Assembly: GCA_038087875.1 (NCBI GenBank)
Contig: CM075992.1
Span: forward strand, 10,976,001-11,040,000
Reading direction: 5' to 3'
DNA length: 64,000 nt
Source of the DNA: Malacoraja senta
Lineage: Eukaryota
Within the stretch, counting starts at the first letter, position 1. Each line of letters starts with the position of its first letter. Shown piece by piece: positions 48,108-60,756 of this stretch. A program made the translations under genes and the position numbers. The notes below the pieces were generated by a model that was not told the DNA's origin, made no database searches, and saw nothing but the letters and a program-made list of their open reading frames with translations.

Positions 48108-48646
48108 GAACAAAGGGGACAATGTTGGCATGAGGGAGGTGCTGGTCAAGTTGACTGGAAAGGGACCCTAGCAGGGATGACGGTGGAACAGCAATGGCAG
48201 TTGTTTCTGGGAATATGATGGAATTGATAGCTTTGTGGCCAAGTTTGCAGATGATATGAAGATATGTGGAGAGGCAGGTAGTGTTGAGAAAGCAGGGAGG
48301 TTCCAATGGGCATTGCGATGGCAAATGGAATACAGTGTAACAAAGTGTATGGTAATGCACTTTGGTAGAATGAATACAAGTGTAGAGTGCGTTCTAAATG
48401 AGTAGAGGATTCAGAAATCAGTAGTGCAAAGAGACTTGGGAGTGCTTGTGAAAGATTCTCAAAAGGTTAATTTGCAGGTTGAGTCTGCGGTAAGGAAGAA
48501 AAATGCAACACTAGCATTCATTTTGAGTGGACTAAAATATAAAAGCAAGGATGTATTGCTGAAGCTTTTTAGGGCACCAGTATCTCTCTTTGTAGAACAG
48601 TTTTGGGCCCTATACCTAAGATAGGTACCTGAGAATTCTTACTTTT

Positions 48647-49153
48647 GAGGGAGTGCAGCGTAGGTTCACAAGGTTAATTCCCGGGATGGCGGGACTGTCA
48701 TATGCTGAGAAAATGGAGCAGCTGGGCTTGTATACTCTGGAATTTAGAAGGATGAGAGGAAATTTTATTGAAATATATAAGATTATTAAGGGTTTGGACA
48801 TGCTAGAGGCAAGAAACATGTTCCCGATGTTGGGGGAGTCCAGAACCAGGGGCCACAGTTTAAGGGATAAGCCATTTAGAACTGGAATGAGGAAACACTT
48901 TTTCACACAGAGAGTTGTGAGTCTGTGGAATTCTCTGCCTCAGAGGGCGGTGGAGGCCGGTTCTCTGGATACTTTCAAGAGAGAGCTAGATAGGGCTCTT
49001 AAAGATAGCGGAGTCAGGAGATATGGGGAGAAGGCAGGAACAGGGTACTGATTGTGGATGATCAGCCATGATCAAATTGAATGGCGGTGCTGGCTCGAAG
49101 GGCCGAATGGCCTAATCCTGCACCTATGGTCTATTGTCTATTGTCTATTGTCT
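48647..49153 (+). mobile_element. Young 5'-truncated CR1
   Basis: 132-aa ORF2 C-terminus ending EKAGTGY*; (CTATTGT)n tail. Confidence 0.9.
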
Positions 49154-49278
49154 AAAGGATGTGCTGTTTTCGGAGAGCGTCCAGCGGAGGTTTACAACAA
49201 AGGTTTCGGGATGATTAAGTTATCGTATTAAGATATTTTGATGGCTCTGGACCTGTACTCACTGGTGTTTAGAAGGAT

Positions 49279-50891
49279 ACATAGATACATAGATACATAG
49301 AAAATAGGTGCAGGAGTAGGCCATTCGGCCCTTCGAGCCTGCACCGCCATTCAATATGATCATGGCTGATCATCCATCTCAGTATCCCGTACCTGCCTTC
49401 TCTCCATACCCCCTGATCCCTTTAGCCACAAGGGCCACATCTAACACCCTCTTAAATATAGCCAATGAACTGGCGTCAACTACCCTCTGTGGCAGAGAGT
49501 TCCAGAGATTCACCACTCTCTGTGTGAAAAAGTTTTTCCTCATCTCGGTCTTAAAGGATTTCCCCCTAATCCTTAAGCTGTGACCCCTTGTCCTGGACTT
49601 CCCCAACATCGGGAACAATCTTCCTGCATCTAGCCTGTCCAACCCCCTAAGAATTTTGTACGTTTCTATAAGATCCCCTCTCAATCTCCTAAATTCTAGC
49701 GAGTATAAGCCAAGTCTATCCAGTCTTTCTTCATATGAAAGTCCTGACATCCCAGGAATCAGTCTGGTGAACCTTCTCTGCACTCCCTCTATGGCTATAA
49801 TGTCCTTCCTCAGATTTGGAGACCAAAACTGTACGCAATACTACAGGTGTGGTCTCACCAAGACCCTGTACAACTGCAGTAGAACCTCCCTGCTCCTATA
49901 CTCAAATCCTCTTGCTATGAAGGCCAACATACCATTCGCTTTCTTCACTGCCTGCTGCACCTGCATGCCTACTTTCAATGACTGGTGTACCATGACACCC
50001 AGGTCTCACTGCACCTCCCCATTTCCTAATCGGCCACCATTTAGATAATAGTCTGCCTTCCCGTTTTTGCCACCAAAGTGGATAACCTCACATTTATCCA
50101 CATTATACTGCATCTGCCAAACATTTGCCCACTCCCCCAGCCTATCCAAGTCACCTTGTAGTCTCCTAGCATCCTCCTCACAGCTAACACTGCCCCCCAG
50201 CTTAGTGTCATCCGCAAACTTGGAGATGTTGCTTTCAATTCCCTCGTCCAGATCATTAATATAAATTGTAAATAGCTGGGGTCCCAGCACTGAGCCTTGC
50301 GGTACCCCACTAGTCACTGCCTGCCATTGTGAAAAGGACCCGTTTACTCCTACTCTTTGCTTCCTGTTTGCCAGCCAGTTCTCTATCCACATCAATACTG
50401 AACCCCCAATACCGTGTGATTTAAGCTTGTATCCTAATCTCTTATGTGGTACCTTGTCGAAAGCCTTCTGAAAGTCCAGATACAACACATCCACTGGTTC
50501 TCCCCTATCCACTCTACTAGTTACATCCTCGAAAAATTCTATAAGATTCGTCAGACACGATTTACCTTTCGTAAATCCATGCTGACTTTGTCCAATGATT
50601 TCACCACTTTCCAAATGTGCTGCTATCCCATCTTTAATAACTGACTCTAGCAGTTTCCCCACTACCGATGTTAGACTAACTGGTCTGTAATTCCCCGTTT
50701 TCTCTCTCCCTCCCTTCTTAAAAAGTGGGGTTACGTTTGCTACCCTCCAATCCTCAGGAACTACTCCAGAATCTAAAGAATTTTGAAAAATTATCACTAA
50801 TGCATCCACTATTTCTGGAGCTACTTCCTTAAGTACTCTGGGATGCAGCCTATCTGGCCCTGGTGATTTATCGGCCTTTAATCCATTCAAT
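49279..50891 (-). mobile_element. Young CR1 with nearly intact RT
   Basis: DKSPGPD, YRPVSLTS, DFQKAFDKV, FADD; tail (TATCTATG)n; TSD GAAGGAT at 49272-49278 and 50892-50898. Confidence 0.93.
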
Positions 50892-51833
50892 GAAGGATGA
50901 AGGGAGAATCTCATTTAAATCTACCAGATAATAAAAGATAATTGAGTGAATGTGGAAAGAATGTATCCAGTAATGGGAGAGTCTAGAACCAGAGGGCACA
51001 GCCTCAAAATAATAGGCTTTACCTTTAGAATGGAGATAAGGAGGAATTTATTTAGCCGGAGAGTGGTGAATCTGTGGAATTCATTGCCACAGACAGCTGT
51101 GGAAGCCAAGACATTGGATATTTTTCAAGTGGTGATCGAGAGGCTCTATTAGGAAGAGCATCAACGGTTATGGGGAGAAGGCAGATTAGGGCTGAGAGGG
51201 AAAAATGGATCACCCATGACTGAATGGCAGAGTAGACTCAATAAACTGAACGGCCTAATTCTGCTTTCTTGACTTCTGGGTCCTGATCCAAAATGTCATC
51301 TGTCCATTCCCTCCACAGATACTGCCTGACCTTCAGCACTTTGTTTTTTTCTCTATTCTGTATCCAATTGGCTTGCTGACCTCTGATTCCATGTCATCTA
51401 TTCTGGATTGTTAGGTACATATTTTCCAAGTTGCTCTCTTTATTTTTCAAACTAGCATGTTGAAATGCTTTGGCTTCTCCTGAAAGGCAGTGCACACTTT
51501 ATCTGATAAATGGCACCATCAAAAATGCTGCACTCTCTATAATACTCACGAATGTCGGTCTGGATTGTGTGACGTTAAATAATGTTTTAAAACGGTTGTA
51601 AATGCCAAGGCATTGTGATAACCTCAATCACAGAATAAATGGAAACCATGTGTGTTGGCAAGGGATAGGTATGGATTCACATGAACGCAGTTAGGAGATG
51701 AAAATAGGAAAGTTGAAAGATGCTGTTGTGCCTGATCAAGCAATGTAAAGGATAAGACCATGGTCTCCTTTACATTATCTGCCAAATCTGTGTGACGGAA
51801 GGCCTTGTTAGAGTTTGGGGTTTATTTGTAAAA

Positions 51834-52685
51834 AATAAGCGAATTTGGTATGCCCAGGTCATAGGTCACTCGCTATAAGCATTCTCGGCAACTGTGGTGC
51901 TGCGTTGTATGCAGGCCTGCGTTTCTTCCATGGGCGGGGTCGGGCCCGGGTCTCCGGTGCTGCGGGCACTGTTGAGTTGCTGCTGGGCCATCCCGTCCCC
52001 TCCCGGGTGTCCCGTTCCTGTCCGGTGGCGGCCCCGGACTTGCAGCCAGTGCAGGCTCTGGCGGGCCGGCGGGCCGGTGACCATCGGCTGCGCCTCTCGT
52101 GGCACGGCTCCGTCTTGTACTTGAGGTGGCCGCTGAGGGAGCGCAGCTCAGCCAGGTCATGGGCGAACTGGCACTTGTCGCCGTAGCGGCCCATCGGGGA
52201 GCGGGTTCCTCTGGAGTTGGAGCGGGGTTGGGCTGGAGTTGGCGCTTCTTCTCCACGCTGTCTATGTGTCTGTGGGCCGCTGTTGCTCCAAGCCACTGGC
52301 CCGTCAGTCCGGGGTCGCCACGGACGTCTCCGGCTGCCTCCGGGCAGATATGGGGACGGGGGGACGGTGGCGGGGGTCCAGTGGCGGTTCGGCAGCACTT
52401 GCGGCGCCGTGGACCCGAGTTCGATCCTGGCTGCGGATGAGGCGTGGGTCTATGTGCGCAGAGCAGCCGACAATGTCTCTCCGCCAGTCTCCCCCCTCCC
52501 CCACTCGCATCTGCCCCCTCTCCTCTCGCTGTTACACCTCGCTCTTTACACATAAATCATGAATAAAAATTAGAATTTATACACAGTTTCTCCAGCCAGC
52601 GCTTCGTTCGCTTTTTCTTATAGCGAGTGACCTTTGACAAATCCCATAATTCCTTGTGTTTTTCGGAACACTGAACTTGCTTATT
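51834..52685. mobile_element. Unclassified non-autonomous element with terminal and subterminal inverted repeats, carrying GC-rich cargo
   Basis: AATAAGCGAATT / AACTTGCTTATT ends; 21/22 inverted repeat at 51858-51879 and 52617-52638. Confidence 0.7.
52099..52188 (-). pseudogene. Captured fragment of a ZFP36/TIS11-family tandem CCCH zinc finger
   Basis: RYGDKCQFAHDLAELRSLSGHLKYKTEPCH resembles the family motif YGxKCQFAHGxxELRxLxRHPKYKTELC; paralogue not assignable by eye. Confidence 0.85.
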
Positions 52686-53029
52686 GTATGAGGGAAGTGC
52701 AGTGATGGGCTCAAAATATAACTTACTTGCTGACAGATGTCAATGCAAGATGGAACAGGGTGATGCTAAAATAAATGGAAACAAGAACTGATTGTTATTT
52801 TACTTCGGAGTCACGTGAGTGACTACGTGAAGAAGCCCATCCAGCCGCACGTGCGTCATTACGTCAGGCGCATTGGTGCTGGCGGCCGGTTGGAGCAGCA
52901 GAGCTCCTCCAGCGGGTAAGTTTAAAACACCTCAAGGTAAGTGAAACTTAGACTTGAGGTCGCTTTCTGAGTCGGTGGTTGTTTGTGGTCGACTATGCAG
53001 AAAGCAACAAGGTGAAGGCGAGGCGACCC

Positions 53030-53900
53030 ATGTCGAAAAGTGTAGAGGACCGCGGGAGTGCGGTTACCGAGGGCCCGCCTAGTTCACCAACTTTGTCGCA
53101 AGCAGAGCTTGCAAATGCAGACTCGTTGCATGGGAGCAGCGCTGACGCGCCGGTAGGGCGTAAGGCCACATTTAAGTCTGCCAGGCTAAATACCCAGAGT
53201 CGGGCTAGGAGGTTTTACCTCCAGAAAAGTCCGTTCCCTCACGGCTCTCACAATTAGAGCACCTAATGGAGAGTTGGCTCGAGAAAGACTCACTCCGGGA
53301 GAAGGAGTGGAGTTCTCGCCAGGCGATTGGAGAGCCTGTGCCAACAGTGCCAGAAATAGGACTGCATAATCACCCCTTCATGGAAGAAGAGGGTTTGCTG
53401 GGTCAGAATTATGCTGATACCAAGGAAATGGCTGATCATAGCCCAATGGGTGAAGGGCAAAAGGTCTTTGTACCTAATTTGGCTGCTAAATTTGCAGTCC
53501 CCAGAGAAGCTGGGGAGACATTGTGGGAAGAATTGGCTATGACAATTAATTTATATGCTCTCCCATCAGCTCAAGTGCCGATGGTCAATCAGGTTATATG
53601 GGGCCAAATGGGGGTTGCAATGAGAGCACAAGAATTGAAGCTCCAGAGGGTGCTTAAATTACTAGCTATAGGTATCACTGCGTTCGCCAGAATGGTGGAA
53701 GAGGGGCAGTTGACTGAGGTTCATCAGGACGCTCTGGGGCTTTTGTGCAGTGCACATTTTGAAATAAACAGCCTTAGAAAGAGTGCCATACGCCCCGCCA
53801 TTCACCCAAAATTTGCAGCACTGCAAACCAAATAATGTGCAGTTAACTAAATCTGTTGTTTGGGGAGGACCTCGCAAAGCGCGTCAAAGAAATGAATGAA
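53030..53900 (+). pseudogene. DIRS gag-like ORF
   Basis: VPMVNQVIW...DALGLLCSAHFEINSLRKSAIRP, located upstream of RT. Confidence 0.7.
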
Positions 53901-54169
53901 GAGGCAAAAACTGTGGGCCTCATTAAAGTGCCAACAACCAGCAGGATGGGCAAAAGGATTTTCCCTTATTGACGGGGTGCCTGTCACAGGGACTGGTGAA
54001 GGGACCAGTCGTTCATTTGCGAACACAAGAACATGGTATCCTGCCACAGGCACAAATGCTAAGATGAATTTCCCTACGAGGGGCCGGGGGCAACAAGCTC
54101 ATTGAGGAAATGGGCAGGTAAGAGACTTTGCTCCTGAAGGAAATAAATTAAGTGGGAAAGATGTTCAAA

Positions 54170-55530
54170 TAGGTGGCAGGTTACAACCTGTTTCTTAAAG
54201 AATGGCAGGAGATAACATCAGATCCATTTGTTTTGGGCAGTATAGAGGGGTTTCGAATTGAATTTTACCCTACTGTGTGTCCGTCCACTCAGCATGTCCC
54301 ACATCGGAAACTAGTGTTTTCTATGTTTCTATGTTTCTATCCCATCAGTTTGTGTCAAGCATTTTTCCTAGGTCTAAAAAGGCTGGGGGTTGTAAAATCA
54401 TTCTGGACCTGACGAGCCTGAACCCTTTTGTGCAGTATAGACATTTCAAGATGGAAACTTTTTCTACTGCTAAGCTGGTTTCCAAAGGGTGTTTTATGAC
54501 AAGCATAGATCTCAAGGATGCTTATTACTCATGGTCTGTTCATTGTGATGATAGGAGATATTTGAAATTTAGCTGGATGAGGTAATTGTGGCAATTCAAA
54601 GCACTGCCTAATGGGTTAACCTCAGCTCCGGGATTGTTTACCAAATTGTTGAAACCAATTCTTGGCTTACTCCGAACTCAGGGTCATGTGATAATGGCTT
54701 ATTTGGATGATATTTTTATTGTAGGGAACTCTCGGAGGGCAGCTAAATCGTCTGTATCAAGTGTTAAACTCACTTTTGAGCAGTTGGGGTTCGTTATCCA
54801 TCCAGATAAATCCAAATTAACACCAGTTAAAGTTATTGATTACTTGGGCTTCACCATTCACTCAGATCACATGTTAGTGACTTTGCCGAGTGATAAGAGA
54901 CAGCAGTTAATGAAGAATGTGTTAAGTTTGTTGAAGAACAATTACCTTCAATTAGACAGGTGGCAAAGTTGATTGACAAGCTGGTGGCTGCTTTTCCAGC
55001 AGTGCAGTTTGGGCCTCTGCATTATCAACAATTACAACGAGCAAAAGAACAAGCATTGAGAGAACATACAGGCCATTTTGACAGGCCTATGAAGTTGCCA
55101 ACAGATGCCATTTCTGAGATACAATGGTGGATTATGAATGTTGCAACTAGCTCCAGGAAGGTTTTGGTTGACCCACCTTCTATAGTTTTACAGACTGATG
55201 TCAGTGGCCTAGGTTGGGGTGCTACTGATATGGGTTCCAGCTGTGGAGGCAGATGGAATTGTGATGAGGCATCCCTTCTACAATTACGAGGGATCAATTA
55301 TTTGGAGCTTCTGGGAACATTTTATGGGCTTAAAGCTTATTGTTTTACCAAAAGTCAAGTGCATGTACAGGTTCAAATTGATAACACTACAGCAGTAGCA
55401 TATCTGAATCATATGGGTGGAGTCAAATCGAAACTTGTGATAGGTTGGCTATTCAGATCTGGAGTTGGTGTATTGACAGAAACATTTGGATTTCAGCAAT
55501 CCATTTACCTGGTTGATTCAACATAGTCGC
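54170..55530 (+). pseudogene. DIRS RT and RNase H
   Basis: IDLKDAY, LPNGLTSAP, YLDD; QTDVSGLGWG, INYLELL, IDNTTAVAYLN; frameshifts. Confidence 0.88.
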
Positions 55531-55970
55531 AGACACAAGGTCACGACAATTCAATGACAATATAGAATGGATGTTGAATCATGACATATTTGAAAATGTT
55601 GTTGCTCGTTTTGGGATACCAGATATCGATTTGTTTGCATCCAGACTGAACCATCAGTTGCCTAAATATGTTTCATGGGAACCAGATCCTGGGGCAGCAG
55701 CAGTTGATGCTTTCTCGGTGCACTGGGGTGAAATGTTTATATATATATATATTTCCTCCATTCTGTCTCGTCAGTCGATGCCTGCAAAAAATCAAGCAGG
55801 AGTATTGGTGGTACCCGACTGGCCTACTCAGCCATGGTATGCTCATGTTTTGCAGATGGCTACTGAGCCTCACATGATTGTTCCCAAAACAGAAACCTAC
55901 TGGTGAATCCTGTAACTGGAGATCAGCATCCTTTACATGATCGTATTGATCTGTTAATTTGCAAATTCTA
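55530..55970 (+). pseudogene. DIRS Dam/N6-adenine-methyltransferase-like domain
   Basis: DIDLFASRLN, VDAF..W, YIFPPF, VPDWPTQPWY. Confidence 0.8.
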
Positions 55971-55974
55971 AGGA

Positions 55975-56926
55975 GACCATACCTGGGGAGAGGACTATCC
56001 GAGCGCACCGTGGATGTTATCACTGCGGCCTGGAGGGATAGTACCCAAAGCAGTACATCTCTGCGATAAGAAAGTGGGAGGTTTCTGTTTACAGCAGAAT
56101 ATTTCATATCAAAATGCATGCATCCCAGGTGTGCTAGAGTTTTTGTCAACTCTCTATTTCGATCTAAAGTTAAGCTATAGTGCTATCAACACAGCCACGT
56201 CTTCATATTTACCCATAATTACATGCAGTGGGGACACATCCGTTAGTCTCTAGATTCATGAAAGGAGTTTTTAATTCCAATCCTAAACCCAGGTATTCGG
56301 TTATCTGGAATGTGAGCGAAGTTCGAATGCTGCTTTTGCCAGTGGGCTCCTGTCACAGTCCTATCTCTAGCCAAACTCACGATGAAGGTGGTCATGCTTA
56401 TGGCATTGGTATCAGCACAACGTGTGCAGACATTACAGATGCTGCATCTAGACAGCATGGAGGTATCAAAAGATGCCATCATTTTTTATGTTTATGATCT
56501 GCTCAAGCAGAGTAGAATAGGGGCGACAGGATGTAAGATTATCTTTTCGGCATACCCCAAGGATTCCCGCCTGTGTGTAGTGTCATGTTTGTCCCATTAC
56601 ATTGAGGTTACCCGAACTTTAAGGGGAATACGTGAAGAGTCAGCATTGTTCATTAGTCACAAAAAAACACACAATAAGGTGTCGGTGCAAACTATCTCAA
56701 GGTGGCTAAAGCAGGTTCTGGTAAACGCTGGGATTGACACTGATAATTTTTAATCTCATTCCACCAGGGCGGCAGCAATTCAGCGGCCAGGGCGATGGAC
56801 ATTCCTATAGACCATATCCTCGTGGCTGCAGGATGGTCCAGTGAACTAATGTTCCAAAGGTTTTATCATAAGCCAATTACAAGGCTGGGAGTTTTTGCCA
56901 ATTCTGTTTTAAGTTCAGTTATATAG
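55975..56926 (+). pseudogene. DIRS tyrosine recombinase
   Basis: LMALVSAQRVQTL, LKQSR, TISRW, HSTRAAA, AAGWS, FQRFY. Confidence 0.88.
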
Positions 56927-57624
56927 TTTCCCCTGGAGGGGAGTTGAGGAGTTACGATGAGGGACTACGTGCCCTCCGCTCCCAGCCCTCATAAATGTCA
57001 TCTGGTAGTTCTAGTCTTCTTTTATCTTACTATTATACTTCAGTCACTATTACCTGTGATTTCACACCGCTGCTTTGAAGATTGACGCACGTGCGGCTGG
57101 ACAGGCTTCTTCACGTAGTCCCTCATCGTAACTCCTCATAAAATAAAGATCAAACTTCAAACTGGTAAGTTCTCGTTTAATCTTACTATTTTAACAACAA
57201 TATGTTCAAATTAGGATGTTCTCAACACGGGGAAAGAAAGGTCACAGCTAGATGAAACATACGGAAAAAAGGGGAAATTCTCTTCTGTATTTGGCAATAA
57301 TGTCATTATAAGGAAATGTTGCCACCGTTTAAAGAGGGAAATTGACTAATTTCTGTGAAATTACAGAGCTTTTGTGATCCACTTTTGCAAAAAAAAGGGT
57401 GTTGTCACTGTGCAAAGGTCAGTACTATCACTTTCGGAGGCTTCCGGCATGTTGGCTGATATCAAAAACACCACAACTAGATTGAAGAAACTGATTCTAT
57501 CGCCCAGTGCTGAAGTCCTGCCCATGAAAGACTAGGCAGGAGTGAGCGGCCTGACTGTTTAAGGTGAAGATAGGGAGTAACACTCAGATATTGCCTTGAT
57601 CGACATTCCATTACAGTTGGTGCG

Positions 57625-57920
57625 TTAAATTGCTTGCAGCTCCAGAGACCTGGGTTTGATCCTAGCTATGGGGTGCTATCTGTACGGAGTTTGTACATTC
57701 TCCCCATGACCGCTTTGGTTTTCTCCAAGATCTTGGGCTTCCTCCCACATGCCAAAGACATACAGGTTTGTAGGTAAATTGGCTTGGCATAACTGTAAAT
57801 TGTCCCTAGTGTGTGTGACGGATAGTGTTAATAAGCGGTGATCGCTGATTGGTACAGACCCGGTGGGCGGAAGGGCCTGTTTCCATGCTGTGTCTCTAAA
57901 CTAAACTAAATTAAACTAAA
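57625..57920 (+). mobile_element. V-SINE
   Basis: B-box-like gggtttgatcc, V-domain, (TAAAC)n tail. Confidence 0.85.
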
Positions 57921-59308
57921 ATTATCATGGCAGGTATTTTTAGGCCAGCCAAACAAACATGTCCAAATAAAAGGTGATGCTGGTTTACAAAGAAAAATAA
58001 CTGAGTGGGTCAGGCACATCTCTGGAGAACATGGATAGATGATGCTTCAGTTTGGGACCCTTCAGACTAATGAAATGCTGCAAGATAATATTGTGCCTTG
58101 TGCACACAAGACTTATTAAACTCAATGGAACCAATCTTTAGAAGCAGAATACAGATTGTATTTATTCAAGGATAAGCTTTTCCAGACAGTAACTCCTATG
58201 CAGGCCTGGAACCCCCGCGCATGCATGGACTTTATTCAGTCATTAAAGGCACATTACACATATCATAACATCCCCCTTTTTCCAAAAGTGAAAAATGTAC
58301 AATGTATGCTCACTTGGCAAATATCTGACCAAGTGAGAAAAGAACACTTTTTTTTTAAAGTAAAAGTTCCTTTCCTTCTCATTATCTTATTTACATAAAC
58401 TTGCAACCCTATACAGACATAATAATTGATAAGAACAAAATCAATGGGTCACATAGTCTCTGAGATACTTTGGCGGTCTCACTGCTCGACTTGAGCAAGT
58501 TTTCACTGTTTCGTTTATGTCAACCTCATTTTTTTGGTCATTTCGCTCAGTAGCTGTTTCATCTTCAGTATGCGCTGGCTGCTGCTTCAACGCCTGTGTC
58601 GTGTTAGCTGTGGTCGGTGTAGTAGACTCGCCCTGGTCTTTGATGGTGTGGCCGTGCTTCGTGTGTTGACACTGCGACTTGTTCGTCTGTGGATTTTCGC
58701 GGATCTTGCGGAGATGTACACGATTGCGACGGTATATGCCAGATGGGCTCTGAACCGCATATGAACGCTCGTCAAGCTGGCTAGAAATGATGGCTTTCTC
58801 CAAACTCTTCTTTCCTTGTACGAGGGGTTGCATTCGCACTGTCGCCCTCATGAAGTGTGGAAAGGTGTTCAGCTGACTTCTTGTAATTGTCAGCTTGCTG
58901 CTGAACGCGCTGCTTCATGTGTTCATGCTCGTACACAACTCTGGGTTCAAGTAGTCTCGCTGTCGTCGGCAAAAGTGTACGAGTGTGATGATATATGAGG
59001 TGCTGAGCGGGTCTTGTGCTCAGCCCTTGCGAAGGCGTATTACATTGATCCAACATCGCTGGTTCGGGGTCAGATCGTGATTTGCTGCTCTGCGTCATGA
59101 TTCGCTTTGCAGTTTTGACGGCTGATTCTGCCTTCCCATTCGCTCTGCTGCACAGGTGCTCAAAATACCATTCCTTTGTGAACTGGCGAAATGCGACCGA
59201 TGTGTACTGCGCCCGTTATCGCTCACAACTTGTGTCGGGCTGCCGTATCTCGTCAAATGAGCTTTCCACTTGCGAATCACGGTTGGACTGCTCTTGTCTC
59301 TCAGTTGC

Positions 59309-60261
59309 TTTTTTTTTAAAGAAAAGCAAGAAAAGAAAAAAGTAAAAGTGAAAAGATAGTGTGAAGGAGAACAAGAGAAAGTCCCCTAAACTACCAAAGT
59401 AGTGTAGCAGAAAGATAGAGGAATAAAAAAAGGTAAAAATTGAGATATACCTTGCCCCCTCGCCCCCCTCCCCCTCCCCCCCCTCCTCCTCACCCAACCT
59501 AGCATCGGATTTAAATTTGAATTTGTGTTTCACCATACTATTGTAAGAATTCAGTAAAGGATGTCTTAAGGAATTGATCTGGTTTTTCCGCCAAGACAAG
59601 CCTAATGTTTTCCAAATTTAGTGTCTCGGACATATCTGTGATTCACATCTTCACTGTAGGGAGTGTTGTCTGTTTCCAAAATTTAAGTATTCATTTTTTC
59701 GCCGTTATTAGGCCATAGTTAAGGAAACGTCTTTGAAATATCGTTAGCATAGAACAGGCCTCTGACATACCTAATGTGATCAGTTTTATATCGGGGTCCA
59801 ATTTAGTTTTAAGTATTTTGGAAAAGGTATCAAAAATTCTCCTCCAGAAGTTTTGTAACTTTGTGCAGGAAGCAAAAGAATGGGTTATAGTCGCTTCTTG
59901 GAGGAGACATTTATCACAAATAGGAGAGACATCTGGGAAGATCTTTTTCAATTTAGACTTTGAGTAATAGAGTCTGTGCAGTATTTTAAATTATATCAGG
60001 GAGTGCCTAACATTAAGAGAACTGTAATGTATATATAAAAGGATTTCCTCCCAACTATCCATTGAAATTGTTAAACCCAATTCGTCTTCCCATGCTCGCC
60101 TAATTATTTCTGAAGATGGGATATGTGCAGTTAAAAGGGTATTGTAAAAATAGGATATTAACTGACTTGTATCCGCCTTTCTATTCATGCATTCGTCTAA
60201 TATATCTGGGCCCATAGAATGACAGTCTTGCGTGTGTGTTTTCACATAGTCTCGGATTTGA
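59309..60261 (-). mobile_element. 5'-truncated L1 within the Gypsy integrase
   Basis: LQIRDYV, CDKC...HSFASC; AGTTGC on both sides. Confidence 0.8.
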
Positions 60262-60756
60262 AGTTGCAATGATAGTCTACGGTGATGAGATAATCTTTCC
60301 CCTTCCATTTAAAGAGATCTGTGCCGACATTCTACCATGGCCTAGTCGGTTGCTCATGACTCATGAGCGTCTCTTTTTGCGGCACACATCACACGTAGCA
60401 AAATACTGCTTGCTGTCACTACTCATGCCAGGCCAGAATAGGCAATCGCATGCTCGTCGTAGGCAACCTTCGATGCCTAGATGTGAAGAGTGTATCTTTT
60501 CTTTCATGTCCCTTAAACTTATCGGTATGATCACGCGATCTCCCTTGAAGATCAAACCATCTTGGACTGCGAGCTCATCCCTATAGCTGTAATAAGGCGT
60601 GAGCTGCTCTGGCAGCTTATTGCATTCACTGGGGCCAACCACTGATGATGACGCGTTTCAGCATCTGTAGCGTGTCTACTTTCGCTGTTTCATCGCGAAT
60701 TTGCTCGAGACGCTCATCTCGAATTGGCTAGTGTGATACCATTACTTCCTCGAATT

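Larger units (their letters stand above)
39225..48215 (+). mobile_element. Second CR1 fragment (ORF1 end and endonuclease) split by five TE insertions
   Basis: LKVLYMNTRSI..GITETWL | GGRGGGVAL | ESSWIEL..IYRP..ILDLVL..GSDHN reassemble across TSDs. Confidence 0.8.
48230..51270 (+). mobile_element. Old CR1 3' part interrupted by two younger CR1 copies
   Basis: KFADDMK, QRDLGVLV, then resumes at 49154 and 50892 through the 3' UTR. Confidence 0.7.
52796..57192 (+). mobile_element. DIRS-type tyrosine-recombinase retrotransposon, near full length, degraded
   Basis: Inverted terminal blocks (~52821-52858 vs ~57083-57120), partial internal complementary region at ~56945-56971, gag/RT/RH/MT/YR. Confidence 0.9.

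Noticed and set aside
51845..52562. A functional ZFP36-like gene
   Set aside because: Only 30 codons match, neither finger is complete, and conserved residues are altered
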